Below the pieces are notes generated by a model. That model was not told the DNA's origin. It was given only the letters and a program-made list of their open reading frames with translations, and did no database searches. A stretch of 64,000 bases of DNA from Burkholderiales bacterium (GTDB taxonomy: Bacteria; Pseudomonadota; Gammaproteobacteria; Burkholderiales; SG8-39). The position numbers were made by a program, and so were the translations under genes. The DNA lies in assembly GCA_035273665.1 (NCBI GenBank), contig DATEOW010000128.1:4609-68608 (forward strand). The letters run 5' to 3'. Of the stretch, positions 1 through 9,178 are shown piece after piece; the stretch's first letter is position 1, and every line of letters starts with the position of its first letter.

Positions 1-1107
1 CGCGAACTGGCCGACCAGCGGAAGGACCAGTTTCTCGCGACACTAGCGCATGAGCTGCGTAATCCTCTCGCGCCTTTGCGAAACTCGCTCGCGATTTTGC
101 GTCTTGCCAATGCAGGCGCGGCGGAATCGCCGATTTGCGAAATGATGGAGCGACAAGTCAATCACATGGTTCGTCTAGTCGACGATTTGATGGAGGTGTC
201 GCGTATCACGCGAGGCAAGATCGAATTGCGTAAAGAGAATATCGATCTTGGAGCGGTAATCAGTGCCGCCATCGAAACCAGCCGACCATTGATCGATGCA
301 GCCAAGCACGATTTGCAAGTGGCGCTTCCCGAGGAACCGCTGTTTCTCGATGCCGACGCTGTCCGCCTTGCGCAAGTCTTCGCGAATCTACTGAACAACG
401 CCGCGAAGTATACGGATCCAGGCGGCAAGATCCGCATCGAGGCTTCGCAGCAAGACGGATTCGCAGTGGTTTGCGTGAGTGACACCGGTATTGGCATCCC
501 TCGCGATTCGCTTAACAAAGTTTTCGATATGTTCGCGCAAGTCGATTCGCGCGATAGTCGTGCGCAAAGCGGACTCGGTATCGGTTTGACCCTGGTGCGC
601 AGCTTGGTCGAGATGCACGGCGGAACCGTGACGGCACAAAGCGAAGGCCGTGGGAAGGGCTGCCGCTTCGCTGTGCGTTTGCCGATCAGCGCAGTAGAGC
701 GACGGTCGCGTACGGCGCCGTCGCTGCCAGCGAAGGAGGTCGATCCGCTGCAACGTATTCTGGTTGTGGACGACAACCGCGACGGCGCGGATTCTCTCGG
801 CGCGTTGTTGCAAATGCTGGGCGGCGACGTGAAGGTCGTGTACGACGGCAAAAGCGCGCTGGAAACTTTCGTTGCATTTCATCCGGATGTAGTCGTGCTT
901 GATCTGGGCATGCCGGAAATGGATGGCTACGAAGTCGCCCGCCGCATTCGCGAACGAGGCAAAAACGGCAGTACGCTGATCGCCTTAACGGGATGGGGCC
1001 AAGAGAAAGACCGCAATCTGACGCAGGCGGCCGGCTTTGATCATCACTTCATCAAGCCGGTCGACCTCGAAGCGATGCGGGCAGTGCTCGCATCGCTTTC
1101 TCACTGA
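1..1107 (+). CDS. Hybrid sensor histidine kinase, C-terminal part (5' end outside window): HisKA-HATPase-receiver
   Basis: Frame 1 is open from nt 1 (RELADQRKDQFLATLAHELRNPL = H-box). N/G boxes NNAAKYT, DTGIGI, GLGIGL. C-terminal REC (VVDDNRD...VLDLGMPEMDG...KP). The ORF-track start at 76 is internal. Confidence 0.85.
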   Translation, partial: RELADQRKDQFLATLAHELRNPLAPLRNSLAILRLANAGAAESPICEMMERQVNHMVRLVDDLMEVSRITRGKIELRKENIDLGAVISAAIETSRPLIDAAKHDLQVALPEEPLFLDADAVRLAQVFANLLNNAAKYTDPGGKIRIEASQQDGFAVVCVSDTGIGIPRDSLNKVFDMFAQVDSRDSRAQSGLGIGLTLVRSLVEMHGGTVTAQSEGRGKGCRFAVRLPISAVERRSRTAPSLPAKEVDPLQRILVVDDNRDGADSLGALLQMLGGDVKVVYDGKSALETFVAFHPDVVVLDLGMPEMDGYEVARRIRERGKNGSTLIALTGWGQEKDRNLTQAAGFDHHFIKPVDLEAMRAVLASLSH

Positions 1108-1124
1108 TTTCACCCTACGTCGTT

Positions 1125-1160
1125 GGCATGCGGCAAGAGCCGCATGCCTATGCTTATTTG
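1125..1160 (+). terminator. Putative intrinsic terminator of the kinase gene
   Basis: GGCATGCGGC-aaga-GCCGCATGCC 10-bp stem followed by T-rich tatgcttatttgtt, 18 nt after the stop codon. Confidence 0.5.
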
Positions 1161-1178
1161 TTCCTATTGTGGTGATCG

Positions 1179-1256
1179 CCGCGCTCGCCTAAGCTCGCCA
1201 GACTTGTACCGGTGCTACGTAGGCACTGGCGAGTAACTCATCCCTCCTTCGCGCGG
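1179..1256 (+). promoter_or_regulatory. Structured 5' leader of the tungstate-transporter operon (candidate cofactor-sensing RNA, unverified)
   Basis: Nested helices CCGCGC(1179-84)/GCGCGG(1251-56) and CTCGCCAG(1194-1201)/CTGGCGAG(1226-33), plus a CCCTCC tract. The TTG start at 1265 has no visible SD. Confidence 0.2.
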
Positions 1257-1264
1257 TTAGTGTC

Positions 1265-1969
1265 TTGGATAGTCTTTCACTTGCCTTTGAACAAGCCTGG
1301 CTCCTCATTGCCAATGCGGACGCAGATTTGTGGCATATCGTCGCATTGAGTTTGAAAGTGAGTCTTAGCGCCGTGTTGATTGCCGCAGCGATTGGACTGC
1401 CGCTTGGTGCCGCAATCGCAGTAGCGCGGTTTCCGGGACGAAAGAGTGTCGTCGTGATCTTGAACGCGCTGATGGGTTTGCCCCCCGTTGTGGTGGGCCT
1501 ACTCATTTATCTGATGCTCTCTCGCGCCGGCCCCTTAGGGGAATATGGGCTGCTCTTTACACCGACTGCCATGATCATTGCACAGGCAGTCTTGATCGCC
1601 CCGATCATCGCTGCGCTCTCTCGACAAATCATTGAAGATGCCTGGTCGGAATACCGCGAGCAATTGCGCTCGCTCGGCGCCGGCCCGCTGCGAGCCTCCG
1701 TCACGCTTTTATGGGATACACGCTTTTCTCTGCTCACGGCAGTGCTCGCAGGTTTTGGTCGTGCTGCCGCCGAAGTAGGGGCCGTCATGATCGTCGGCGG
1801 CAACATCGACGGCGTCACCCGGGTGATGACTACCGCCATCGCGTTGGAAACGAGTAAAGGAGATTTGCCGCTTGCATTGGGGCTTGGCCTCATTCTTCTC
1901 ACGCTCGTTCTCACGCTCAACGCGTTAGCGTATGTCACGAAAGAAATGGCGCAGCGCCGCTATGGGTGA
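1265..1969 (+). CDS. tupB: Tungstate-type ABC transporter permease (TupB-like)
   Basis: 234 aa multi-TM ABC permease with TTG start. Translationally coupled to an ATPase and a TupA-like binding protein. Confidence 0.7.
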   Translation: MDSLSLAFEQAWLLIANADADLWHIVALSLKVSLSAVLIAAAIGLPLGAAIAVARFPGRKSVVVILNALMGLPPVVVGLLIYLMLSRAGPLGEYGLLFTPTAMIIAQAVLIAPIIAALSRQIIEDAWSEYREQLRSLGAGPLRASVTLLWDTRFSLLTAVLAGFGRAAAEVGAVMIVGGNIDGVTRVMTTAIALETSKGDLPLALGLGLILLTLVLTLNALAYVTKEMAQRRYG

Positions 1970-2672
1970 AAGCATTCTTCCGCTCGAGCTGAAACGCGTC
2001 GGATTCAGTGTTCGAGGGCGTGATCTACTCCGCGATATCTCACTTCGCTTTGAAGCGGGCGTGCGGACCGTTATTCTCGGGCCGAACGGCGCAGGCAAGA
2101 GCCTATTGATGCGCATTTGTCATGGGCTGCTTCAGCCGACGACCGGCCAGGTTCAATGGCAAGGCGATAACCCTCAAGCGAGGCAGGCCATGGTATTTCA
2201 ACGGCCGGTGATGCTGCGCCGTTCGGCCCTGGCCAATGTCCAATACGCGTTGACGCTGCGCGGCGTGAAGGACCAAGCTACACGACGGGCCTTAGAAGCG
2301 TTGAAAGATGTTGGCCTTGAAGCGCTCGCCGCACGCCCTGCACGCGTCATGTCCGGCGGTGAGCAGCAGCGCCTGGCGCTCGCACGTGCCTGGGCCTTGC
2401 GGCCTGAAGTACTTTTTCTCGACGAGCCGACCGCGAATCTCGATCCCGGCGCGAGTGCTGAAGTGGAACGCATCATCCGGGCGATTGACGGGACCGGCAC
2501 CAAGCTGATTATGAGCACGCATAACCTGGGACAGGCGCGTCGTCTCGCGGACGAGATTGTTTTTCTGCACGAAGGCCGGGTATTGGAAATTACGCCGGGG
2601 GATTTATTTTTTCACCATCCTCAAACTGCAGAAGCGTCCGCTTTCATAAAAGGAGAACTGCCGTGGATCTGA
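1962..2672 (+). CDS. tupC: ABC transporter ATP-binding protein (TupC-like)
   Basis: Walker A GPNGAGKS, signature SGGEQQR, Walker B LFLDEP. ATG at 1962 overlaps the permease stop (ATGGGTGA). Alternative in-frame ATG at 1932. Confidence 0.8.
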   Translation: MGESILPLELKRVGFSVRGRDLLRDISLRFEAGVRTVILGPNGAGKSLLMRICHGLLQPTTGQVQWQGDNPQARQAMVFQRPVMLRRSALANVQYALTLRGVKDQATRRALEALKDVGLEALAARPARVMSGGEQQRLALARAWALRPEVLFLDEPTANLDPGASAEVERIIRAIDGTGTKLIMSTHNLGQARRLADEIVFLHEGRVLEITPGDLFFHHPQTAEASAFIKGELPWI

Positions 2673-3496
2673 TACGCAGGAAAATATTTAGGGCGTTGGT
2701 ATTTGCGCTGGCATCAGTTACTGCGCCTGCCATGGCGCAACAGTTCATTACTGTCGCTTCGACGACTTCAACCGAGCAATCGGGCCTCTTCAAGCACATT
2801 CTGCCGATATTCACGGCCAAGACGGGGATCGACGTTCGGGTTGTCGCGCTTGGCACGGGGCAAGCACTCGATATGGCACGACGTGGCGATGCAGATGTCG
2901 TGTTCGTTCACGCCAAAGCGGCAGAGGAAAAATTCGTCAATGAAGGTTTTGGCGTCAGGCGGTATCCCGTGATGTACAACGATTTCGTTATCGTTGGCCC
3001 CCAGAACGATCCGGCCAAGGTGGCCGGCATGAAGGGCGCCGTCGAGGCGCTAAAAAAGATTAAGGCGGCGAGTGTTCCCTTCGTGTCGCGGGGCGATAGG
3101 AGCGGCACACATATCGCCGAACTCTCGCTTTGGAAGGCCGCCGGCATCGATATCGATGAGGCAAAAGGAGGGTGGTATCGCGAAACTGGACAAGGCATGG
3201 GTCCGGCGCTCAATACAGCATCATCGATGAATGCCTACCTGCTTGCTGATCGCGGCACGTGGCTATCATTCAAGAATCGTGGCGATCTAAGGGTGTTGGT
3301 GGAAGGTGATCAGCGTTTGTTCAACCAATACGGCGTGATACTCGTCAGCCCGGCAGAATTCCCTCATGTCAAAGTGCAGCCTGCGCAACGCTTCATTCAA
3401 TGGCTGGTTTCTGACGAGGGCCAGGAGGCGATCGCGGCTTATAAGATCGATGGCCAGCAATTGTTTTTCCCCAATGCCGGTCAGCAGGGCGTGTAG
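2663..3496 (+). CDS. tupA: Tungstate ABC transporter substrate-binding protein (TupA-like)
   Basis: GTG start 6 nt after AAAGGAGA. Signal peptide ending APAMA. TupA-type anion-binding motif VASTTSTEQSGL and SRGDRSGTH. Confidence 0.75.
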   Translation: MDLIRRKIFRALVFALASVTAPAMAQQFITVASTTSTEQSGLFKHILPIFTAKTGIDVRVVALGTGQALDMARRGDADVVFVHAKAAEEKFVNEGFGVRRYPVMYNDFVIVGPQNDPAKVAGMKGAVEALKKIKAASVPFVSRGDRSGTHIAELSLWKAAGIDIDEAKGGWYRETGQGMGPALNTASSMNAYLLADRGTWLSFKNRGDLRVLVEGDQRLFNQYGVILVSPAEFPHVKVQPAQRFIQWLVSDEGQEAIAAYKIDGQQLFFPNAGQQGV

Positions 3497-3514
3497 AACC
3501 AAGCGAGAAAGACC

Positions 3515-4276
3515 ATGCAATACCTATGCTGCTTCCTTGTCTGGCTGCTATTCAGTGTCGTCGCGACGGCTCAAGAAGCCACCATTGCCGCCGCCTCCGA
3601 CCTTAAATTCGCGCTGGATGAGGTCGCCAAAGCATATGCGGCGCAGACGGGCCGCAGCGTTCGCATCAGTTACGGCTCCTCCGGAAATTTTGTCGCGCAA
3701 ATCGCACAGGGCGCGCCTTACGATCTATTCCTCTCCGCTGACGAGTCCTACGTAACCGAACTCTCGAAACGCGGCCTGACGGTGGATGAAGGTGTGCTTT
3801 ATGCGGTAGGTCATGTCGTGCTCTTCGTCCCGAAAGATTCGCCCGTCAAAGCGGATGCCGGTTTACAAGATCTGCGCGTCGCGATTGCGGATGGCCGCCT
3901 GAAAAAGCTAGCTATCGCCAATCCTGAATTTGCACCCTATGGCCGCGCGGCACGCGAAGTCCTGCAAAGGACCAAGCTCTGGGATGCCGTAAGAGATAAG
4001 CTTGTGTTCGGCGAGAACGTTTCCCAGGCCGCACAGTTCGCTGCAAGTGGTTCAGCGCAAGCGGGCATCTTCGCGTTGTCGCTGGCGATGTCGCCGAATT
4101 TCTCGAATGCGGGCGCATATGTCATATTAGCGCCCGAATGGCACGCGCCTTTGCGGCAACGAATGGTGTTGCTCGAGCGCGGGGCCGACAAGGCGCGCGC
4201 TTTCTACGACTACATGCAACAACCGGCGGCGCGCGCCATCTTAAGCCGCTACGGTTTTGCCTTGCCTGGAGATTAG
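3515..4276 (+). CDS. modA: Molybdate ABC transporter substrate-binding protein
   Basis: Signal peptide, then ModA-like AAASDLKFAL...SYGSSG...ANPEFAPYG. Followed by modB and modC. Confidence 0.85.
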   Translation: MQYLCCFLVWLLFSVVATAQEATIAAASDLKFALDEVAKAYAAQTGRSVRISYGSSGNFVAQIAQGAPYDLFLSADESYVTELSKRGLTVDEGVLYAVGHVVLFVPKDSPVKADAGLQDLRVAIADGRLKKLAIANPEFAPYGRAAREVLQRTKLWDAVRDKLVFGENVSQAAQFAASGSAQAGIFALSLAMSPNFSNAGAYVILAPEWHAPLRQRMVLLERGADKARAFYDYMQQPAARAILSRYGFALPGD

Positions 4277-4279
4277 TAA

Positions 4280-4939
4280 TTGGATTGGAGCGCACTCAAG
4301 CTTTCGCTTTGTCTTGCGCTCGCGACCAGTCTCATTCTGCTGCCCTTCGGTGCGCCGCTCGCCCGTTTGCTCGCTTGGTCCGATTTCAAAGGCAAATGGA
4401 TCGCCGAGGCAGCGCTCGCTTTGCCTCTCGTGCTGCCGCCCACAGTGCTCGGCTATTACTTGCTCGTCGCGCTTGGGACCGGTTCGCCGCTTGGCGCCTT
4501 CTATGAAAGCGTCACCGGGCACCCGCTTGCATTTTCTTTCGAAGGACTGGTATTCGCATCGGTGTTGGTCAACATTCCTTTCGCGCTGATTCCCATGCAA
4601 CGCGCGTTCGAAGCCATCCCGCTCGAAGTGCATCAGGCAGCGAAGGTCTGCGGCATGCCCCCGTTGCAGGCTTTCTTCAGGGTGGAATTGCCGCTCGCAT
4701 GGCCGGGCGTACTCTCGGGTTTCATCATGACGGCGGCGCACACTGTCGGCGAGTTTGGCGTTGTACTCATGGTGGGCGGGAACATCCCGGGCGAAACGAA
4801 AACCGTGGCGATCGCCATCTATGATCGTGTGCAAGCTTTCGATATGCAGGCGGCGGGCTGGATGTCCGCCACCTTGCTCGTCTTATCGCTGCTTGCGCTC
4901 GCTTTGACAACGCGCCTTGGTCGCAGAGTGGCGCGCTGA
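4280..4939 (+). CDS. modB: Molybdate ABC transporter permease
   Basis: 219 aa with TTG start, five predicted TM segments, ModB-like GEFGVVLMVGGNIPGETKT. Confidence 0.85.
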   Translation: MDWSALKLSLCLALATSLILLPFGAPLARLLAWSDFKGKWIAEAALALPLVLPPTVLGYYLLVALGTGSPLGAFYESVTGHPLAFSFEGLVFASVLVNIPFALIPMQRAFEAIPLEVHQAAKVCGMPPLQAFFRVELPLAWPGVLSGFIMTAAHTVGEFGVVLMVGGNIPGETKTVAIAIYDRVQAFDMQAAGWMSATLLVLSLLALALTTRLGRRVAR

Positions 4940-6003
4940 TGCTGGCGGTCGTTCTCCACCAAAAACGTCCGATCACGCTCGATGTCGATTTGCGTTGCGA
5001 CCAGGGCGAACTGCTCGCGCTTGTCGGCCCATCCGGTTCCGGTAAATCGACCGTGCTTAAAATCATCGCCGGCTTGCTGCGCGGTGATGTGGGCAGTGTC
5101 CGGATCGATGGGGAGACTTGGTTCGATTCCGAGAAAAAGATCAATGTGCCCGTGCACGAACGGTCGGTCGGGTATGTATTTCAGAGTTACGCGCTTTTTC
5201 CACACATGACGGTGCTGGAAAACCTCATGGCGGCAGGTGGGAGTGAAGCCCGTGCACGCCATTGGATCGAAGCCGTCCGTATGAAGGGCTTGGAACATCA
5301 ACGCCCGCATCAACTGTCCGGCGGCCAGCAACAACGAGCAGCACTCGCACGCGCGCTGGTGCGCGAACCGAAACTCTTGTTGCTCGACGAACCCTTTTCT
5401 GCGGTGGATCAATTGACGAGGGATCGCCTCTACGAGGAACTCGCCGAACTGCGCCGCCGGCTGAATATCCCCGTCATTTTCGTTACGCATTCGCTGACGG
5501 AAGCTCAGCTGCTGGCGGACCGTATGGTGGTGCTACATCGGGGCCGCACGCTGCAAAGCGGCACGCCCGAGGAAGTGTTTCGTGCACCGGCTACACCCGA
5601 TATTGCTCGGTTGGTGGCGCATAAAAATTTGCTGGAAGCGCAGGTGATCGCAGCGGATCAAACGCTTACCTTGCTCGATTGGCGCGGTTTAAGATTGAAT
5701 GCGCCGCCGGGCGCCTTTACATCGGGGGAGAAGGTAGCCTGGCTGATTCCTGCGTTGGACGTGCGGATGAACGGCCCCGACGAGGCGCCGGCGCACGTGG
5801 ACAATCGTTTTGAGGCACAGATTGAAAGCGTCGTTCCTCTGGGCGATCAGGCGACGGTTCGCATCCGGATGCCGAACGGCGAATGTCTAACGCTAAGTGC
5901 CGCCGCGCACATTGTCCGCAAACGGCAACTCGCCGCAGGTCGATCGATCGGCGTGTCCCTCCTTCCTGCCAGCATCCATCTCATGCCTCACGAGCCGCAT
6001 TAG
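4939..6003 (+). CDS. modC: Molybdate ABC transporter ATP-binding protein with C-terminal TOBE/Mop-like domain
   Basis: Walker A GPSGSGKS, LSGGQQQR, LLLDEP. ATG overlaps the modB TGA by 1 nt. About 120-aa C-terminal extension. Confidence 0.85.
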   Translation: MLAVVLHQKRPITLDVDLRCDQGELLALVGPSGSGKSTVLKIIAGLLRGDVGSVRIDGETWFDSEKKINVPVHERSVGYVFQSYALFPHMTVLENLMAAGGSEARARHWIEAVRMKGLEHQRPHQLSGGQQQRAALARALVREPKLLLLDEPFSAVDQLTRDRLYEELAELRRRLNIPVIFVTHSLTEAQLLADRMVVLHRGRTLQSGTPEEVFRAPATPDIARLVAHKNLLEAQVIAADQTLTLLDWRGLRLNAPPGAFTSGEKVAWLIPALDVRMNGPDEAPAHVDNRFEAQIESVVPLGDQATVRIRMPNGECLTLSAAAHIVRKRQLAAGRSIGVSLLPASIHLMPHEPH

Positions 6004-6140
6004 GGATCCGCGAGCAGCGCAGAGTGACATATTGAACGGCGGTCGGCGGGTTTTCTCGCAGCCGTGCTCTTCTTGCCGCTTTGCCGGCCGATATACATGG
6101 TTGAAGCCCACAGTTGCCTTTGCAACAAAAGGTCGCAGCC

Positions 6141-8759
6141 ATGAAAAAAACCCTTTCCAGCGCCCGCTCGCTGATACGCAGTCTCGCGCTCAGCGCAGCG
6201 CTGACGATGGTGACAACGGTGACAACAGGCATCGGTGCGGTACATGCTGCCACGCCGATTTTCGTCCTGCATTCCTACTCGCAGGAATACCCGTGGACGG
6301 CTGGGCAGAACGAAGGCTTCGTCAAGGCAATGAATGAGGCGGATCTTTCGATCGAGCCGGTGCTCAGCACCGAGTATTTGGATACGAAGCGACGCTCCTA
6401 CGATCCAGCCTTCGCGCGGGCGATGGCCGATCACCTTCGCGTCAAGTATGCGGGTTACCAGCCCGCAGCGATCTATGTCAGCGACGACAACGCGCTGCTA
6501 TTCGCCCGAGACTATCTTCGAGATATCTTTCCTGGCGCGCCGGTTTTCTTTTCCGGGGTAAACGACTACGGCATGCGCGGTACGCTCGACCCACGCTATT
6601 TCACAGGCGTGTTCGAGAAAAAAGAGGTGCGCCCAAACTTGGAATGGCTGTTGCGTTTCGACCCGAAACTGCGCGATCTGGTCTTTGTCGGCGACGGGAG
6701 CAACACAGACAAGGCCATCGAAACGGAGGCACGCAAAGACTTGAGCGCCTTTCCTCAAATCCGCGCACGTTTCATCGGTGAAAAGCGCATCGACAGGATT
6801 ATCGCCGCATTGAAAGAAGACAAGGCCGAATACGTCGTGCTGACGACACTCGGTGGTGTGACCGATGCCGAGGGCAGACTGCAACCGCTAGCGCATACCT
6901 TGCGTATGTTGCGCGAAGCGGGCAGACGGATGGTCAGCATGGAAGACGGCTACGTGATGCAAGGCGTAATGGGTGGCTATGTCACGCGCGGGCCGGAGCA
7001 AGGCGCGGGCGCCGCACATCTTTTACTGCAATATCTCAATGGCAGGCTGGTGAACGATTTGCCCGCGGTGCTGAAAAGCCCGAATGCTCATCTTTTCGAC
7101 GACGCCGTTCTTGAGGCGCACGATATGGAGCTGCCGGCGGCCATCGCCGCTCACGCAACACTCTTGAATCCGCGCGTACGTTTCGTGGATACCCACCGCA
7201 CTTTTATTTTAGCGACGCTGTATTTTCTCGCCGCGGCGTTATTCATCGTGCTTTTAAGCGGCTTTTTTGTCGTATCCCGCAAAAATCGCCAGCTACTTGC
7301 GGCGCGTGAAGAGGCCGACTTCGCGAATCAAGCGAAGAGCCATTTCCTCGCCAATATGAGCCATGAGATTCGCACGCCGCTCACATCCATCATCGGCTTC
7401 GCCGATTTGCTCATGCACGACAAGCTCGATGGTTCGCAACGCGCCGAGGCGCTCCCTTCCATTCTTCGCAACGGTCATCATCTATTGGAGCTCATCAACA
7501 ACATCCTCGATCTCGCGAAAATCGAAAACGGCAGCGTCACGCTGGAAAAGCTTCCCCTCAAGACAGGACATCTATTGCGCGAATTGGGCGCTTTGGCGGA
7601 CGTACGCGCCAAAGCCAAGTCGGTGAAATTCGAAATCGTACCGGAGCTTCCGCTGCCGGCGGGTTTTGTTTCCGATCCGGTGCGCCTCAAGCAAATTCTG
7701 GTCAATTTCCTTAGCAATGCAATTAAGTTCACCCCGAAAGGCAAGGTGGAGCTACGCGTCGCGTACAGCGCGCAACCGCCGACACTTATTTTCGCCGTAA
7801 AGGACAGTGGCATCGGCATGACGCCCGAACAAGTCGGCCGACTGTTTCAGCGCTTTGTCCAGGCGGACATTTCCACGACGCGGCGCTTTGGGGGTACGGG
7901 TCTCGGCTTGCATCTGTGCCAACAACTAGCGCAATTGATGGGTGGACGCATCGAGGTGCGCAGCGAGCTGCGCAAAGGCAGTTGTTTCACACTGCATTTA
8001 CCGTTGGAGCAAGTGCCCGAGACAATGATCGAGGACGCGGGTGCATTGCGTTTGGAAAACCTAGTCGATATGCTCCCTGCGTTCGAGGTACCGGTATTGT
8101 CGGGACGTGTGTTGCTCGCAGAAGACGGGCTGGACAATCAACGCCTCATTTCGGCCTATCTGCGGCAGGCCGGAGTTGAAGTGACCGTGGTCGCTAACGG
8201 TCGTCATGCGGTTGAGGCGGCGCTCAGCGAGGATTTTGACTTGGTGCTTATGGATATCCAGATGCCCGAAATGGATGGGGTGACAGCCACAGAAACCCTG
8301 CGCGGCGTCGGCTTTAGCCGCCCGATTGTTGCGCTGACGGCGAACATCATGAAGTCAGAAGTGCAGCACTATCTCGAAATCGGCTGCCAAGAAGTACTGT
8401 CCAAGCCGATCGAACGCGCCAAGTTCTACAGTGCTCTAGCGCAATTGCTCAAAGGTGGGAGCGAACGGCGCCAAGCGCCTGTGGTCAAAGAAGACCCAAC
8501 GCTCGCCATCGCGTTTCGTGCGGGACTGCCTGCACAAGTCGAGACCATCGATCGGGCGCTGGTCGAAAAGAATTGGGCGCGGTTGCGTCAGCAGGCGCAT
8601 CTACTCAAAGGCACGGCGGGTTCCTTCGGTTTTCCGGTGATTACGGAAATCGCGGGGCGGCTTGAGGGCGCTGCGGCCGATTCGGATGTCGAGCACGCCA
8701 CCGCGCTTTGCGACAGCTTACGCGGGCAAGTGCAGGCAGCACTCGGAGAGGCAGCATGA
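6141..8759 (+). CDS. Hybrid sensor histidine kinase (periplasmic ABC-substrate-binding-like sensor, HisKA, HATPase, REC, HPt)
   Basis: ATG at 6141 (MKKTLSS, signal-like) preferred over TTG at 6114. H-box MSHEIRTPL, G boxes DSGIGM and GGTGLGL, REC DLVLMDIQMPEMDG, C-terminal HPt (QAHLLKGTAGSFG). Confidence 0.85.
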   Translation: MKKTLSSARSLIRSLALSAALTMVTTVTTGIGAVHAATPIFVLHSYSQEYPWTAGQNEGFVKAMNEADLSIEPVLSTEYLDTKRRSYDPAFARAMADHLRVKYAGYQPAAIYVSDDNALLFARDYLRDIFPGAPVFFSGVNDYGMRGTLDPRYFTGVFEKKEVRPNLEWLLRFDPKLRDLVFVGDGSNTDKAIETEARKDLSAFPQIRARFIGEKRIDRIIAALKEDKAEYVVLTTLGGVTDAEGRLQPLAHTLRMLREAGRRMVSMEDGYVMQGVMGGYVTRGPEQGAGAAHLLLQYLNGRLVNDLPAVLKSPNAHLFDDAVLEAHDMELPAAIAAHATLLNPRVRFVDTHRTFILATLYFLAAALFIVLLSGFFVVSRKNRQLLAAREEADFANQAKSHFLANMSHEIRTPLTSIIGFADLLMHDKLDGSQRAEALPSILRNGHHLLELINNILDLAKIENGSVTLEKLPLKTGHLLRELGALADVRAKAKSVKFEIVPELPLPAGFVSDPVRLKQILVNFLSNAIKFTPKGKVELRVAYSAQPPTLIFAVKDSGIGMTPEQVGRLFQRFVQADISTTRRFGGTGLGLHLCQQLAQLMGGRIEVRSELRKGSCFTLHLPLEQVPETMIEDAGALRLENLVDMLPAFEVPVLSGRVLLAEDGLDNQRLISAYLRQAGVEVTVVANGRHAVEAALSEDFDLVLMDIQMPEMDGVTATETLRGVGFSRPIVALTANIMKSEVQHYLEIGCQEVLSKPIERAKFYSALAQLLKGGSERRQAPVVKEDPTLAIAFRAGLPAQVETIDRALVEKNWARLRQQAHLLKGTAGSFGFPVITEIAGRLEGAAADSDVEHATALCDSLRGQVQAALGEAA

Positions 8760-9178
8760 ACGAAACGCAGTCCGGCCAGAGCAACACAACCCGGGTCCTG
8801 ATTGTCGATGACGATCAAACGAATCGCGAGCTCTTGCGCAATATGCTGCGGCAGCTCACCACTGCGGAGCTGCATGTCGCCAACGACGGCCGCGCCGGCC
8901 TTGAACTCTTTCGGGAGTTTTTGCCGAAGATGGTGTTTCTCGATATCGATATGCCGGAATTGGACGGCTTTGCCCTGCTCGACCAGATTCATGCGATGGA
9001 CAATAGCGTTTTCGTCGTGATGGTGTCCGGGCATGGCCAAGTCGAAGCGGTGCAAAAGGCGACAAGCCAAGGCGCCAAGGGCTATATTGTTAAACCCTAT
9101 AGCGCCCAGCGCGTATTCGACGCCGTGCACCGCTATGTGAGCGAAACCAACGATCACGGTTTTCTGCGCAATCCTTAG
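8756..9178 (+). CDS. Single-domain CheY-like response regulator
   Basis: ATG overlaps the kinase stop (ATGA). VLIVDDD...FLDIDMPELDG...KP. Confidence 0.85.
   Translation: MNETQSGQSNTTRVLIVDDDQTNRELLRNMLRQLTTAELHVANDGRAGLELFREFLPKMVFLDIDMPELDGFALLDQIHAMDNSVFVVMVSGHGQVEAVQKATSQGAKGYIVKPYSAQRVFDAVHRYVSETNDHGFLRNP

Noticed and set aside
162-851. Long antisense or alternative-frame ORFs inside well-supported genes (for example 162-851, 4241-4834, 4819-5490, 14469-15164, 26698-27507, 39589-40269, 55158-55790, 58284-58631)
   Set aside because: These are typical shadow ORFs of GC-rich DNA. Their translations are Arg/Ala/Pro-rich with no motifs, and they are fully nested in genes that have clear family signatures on the other strand or frame.
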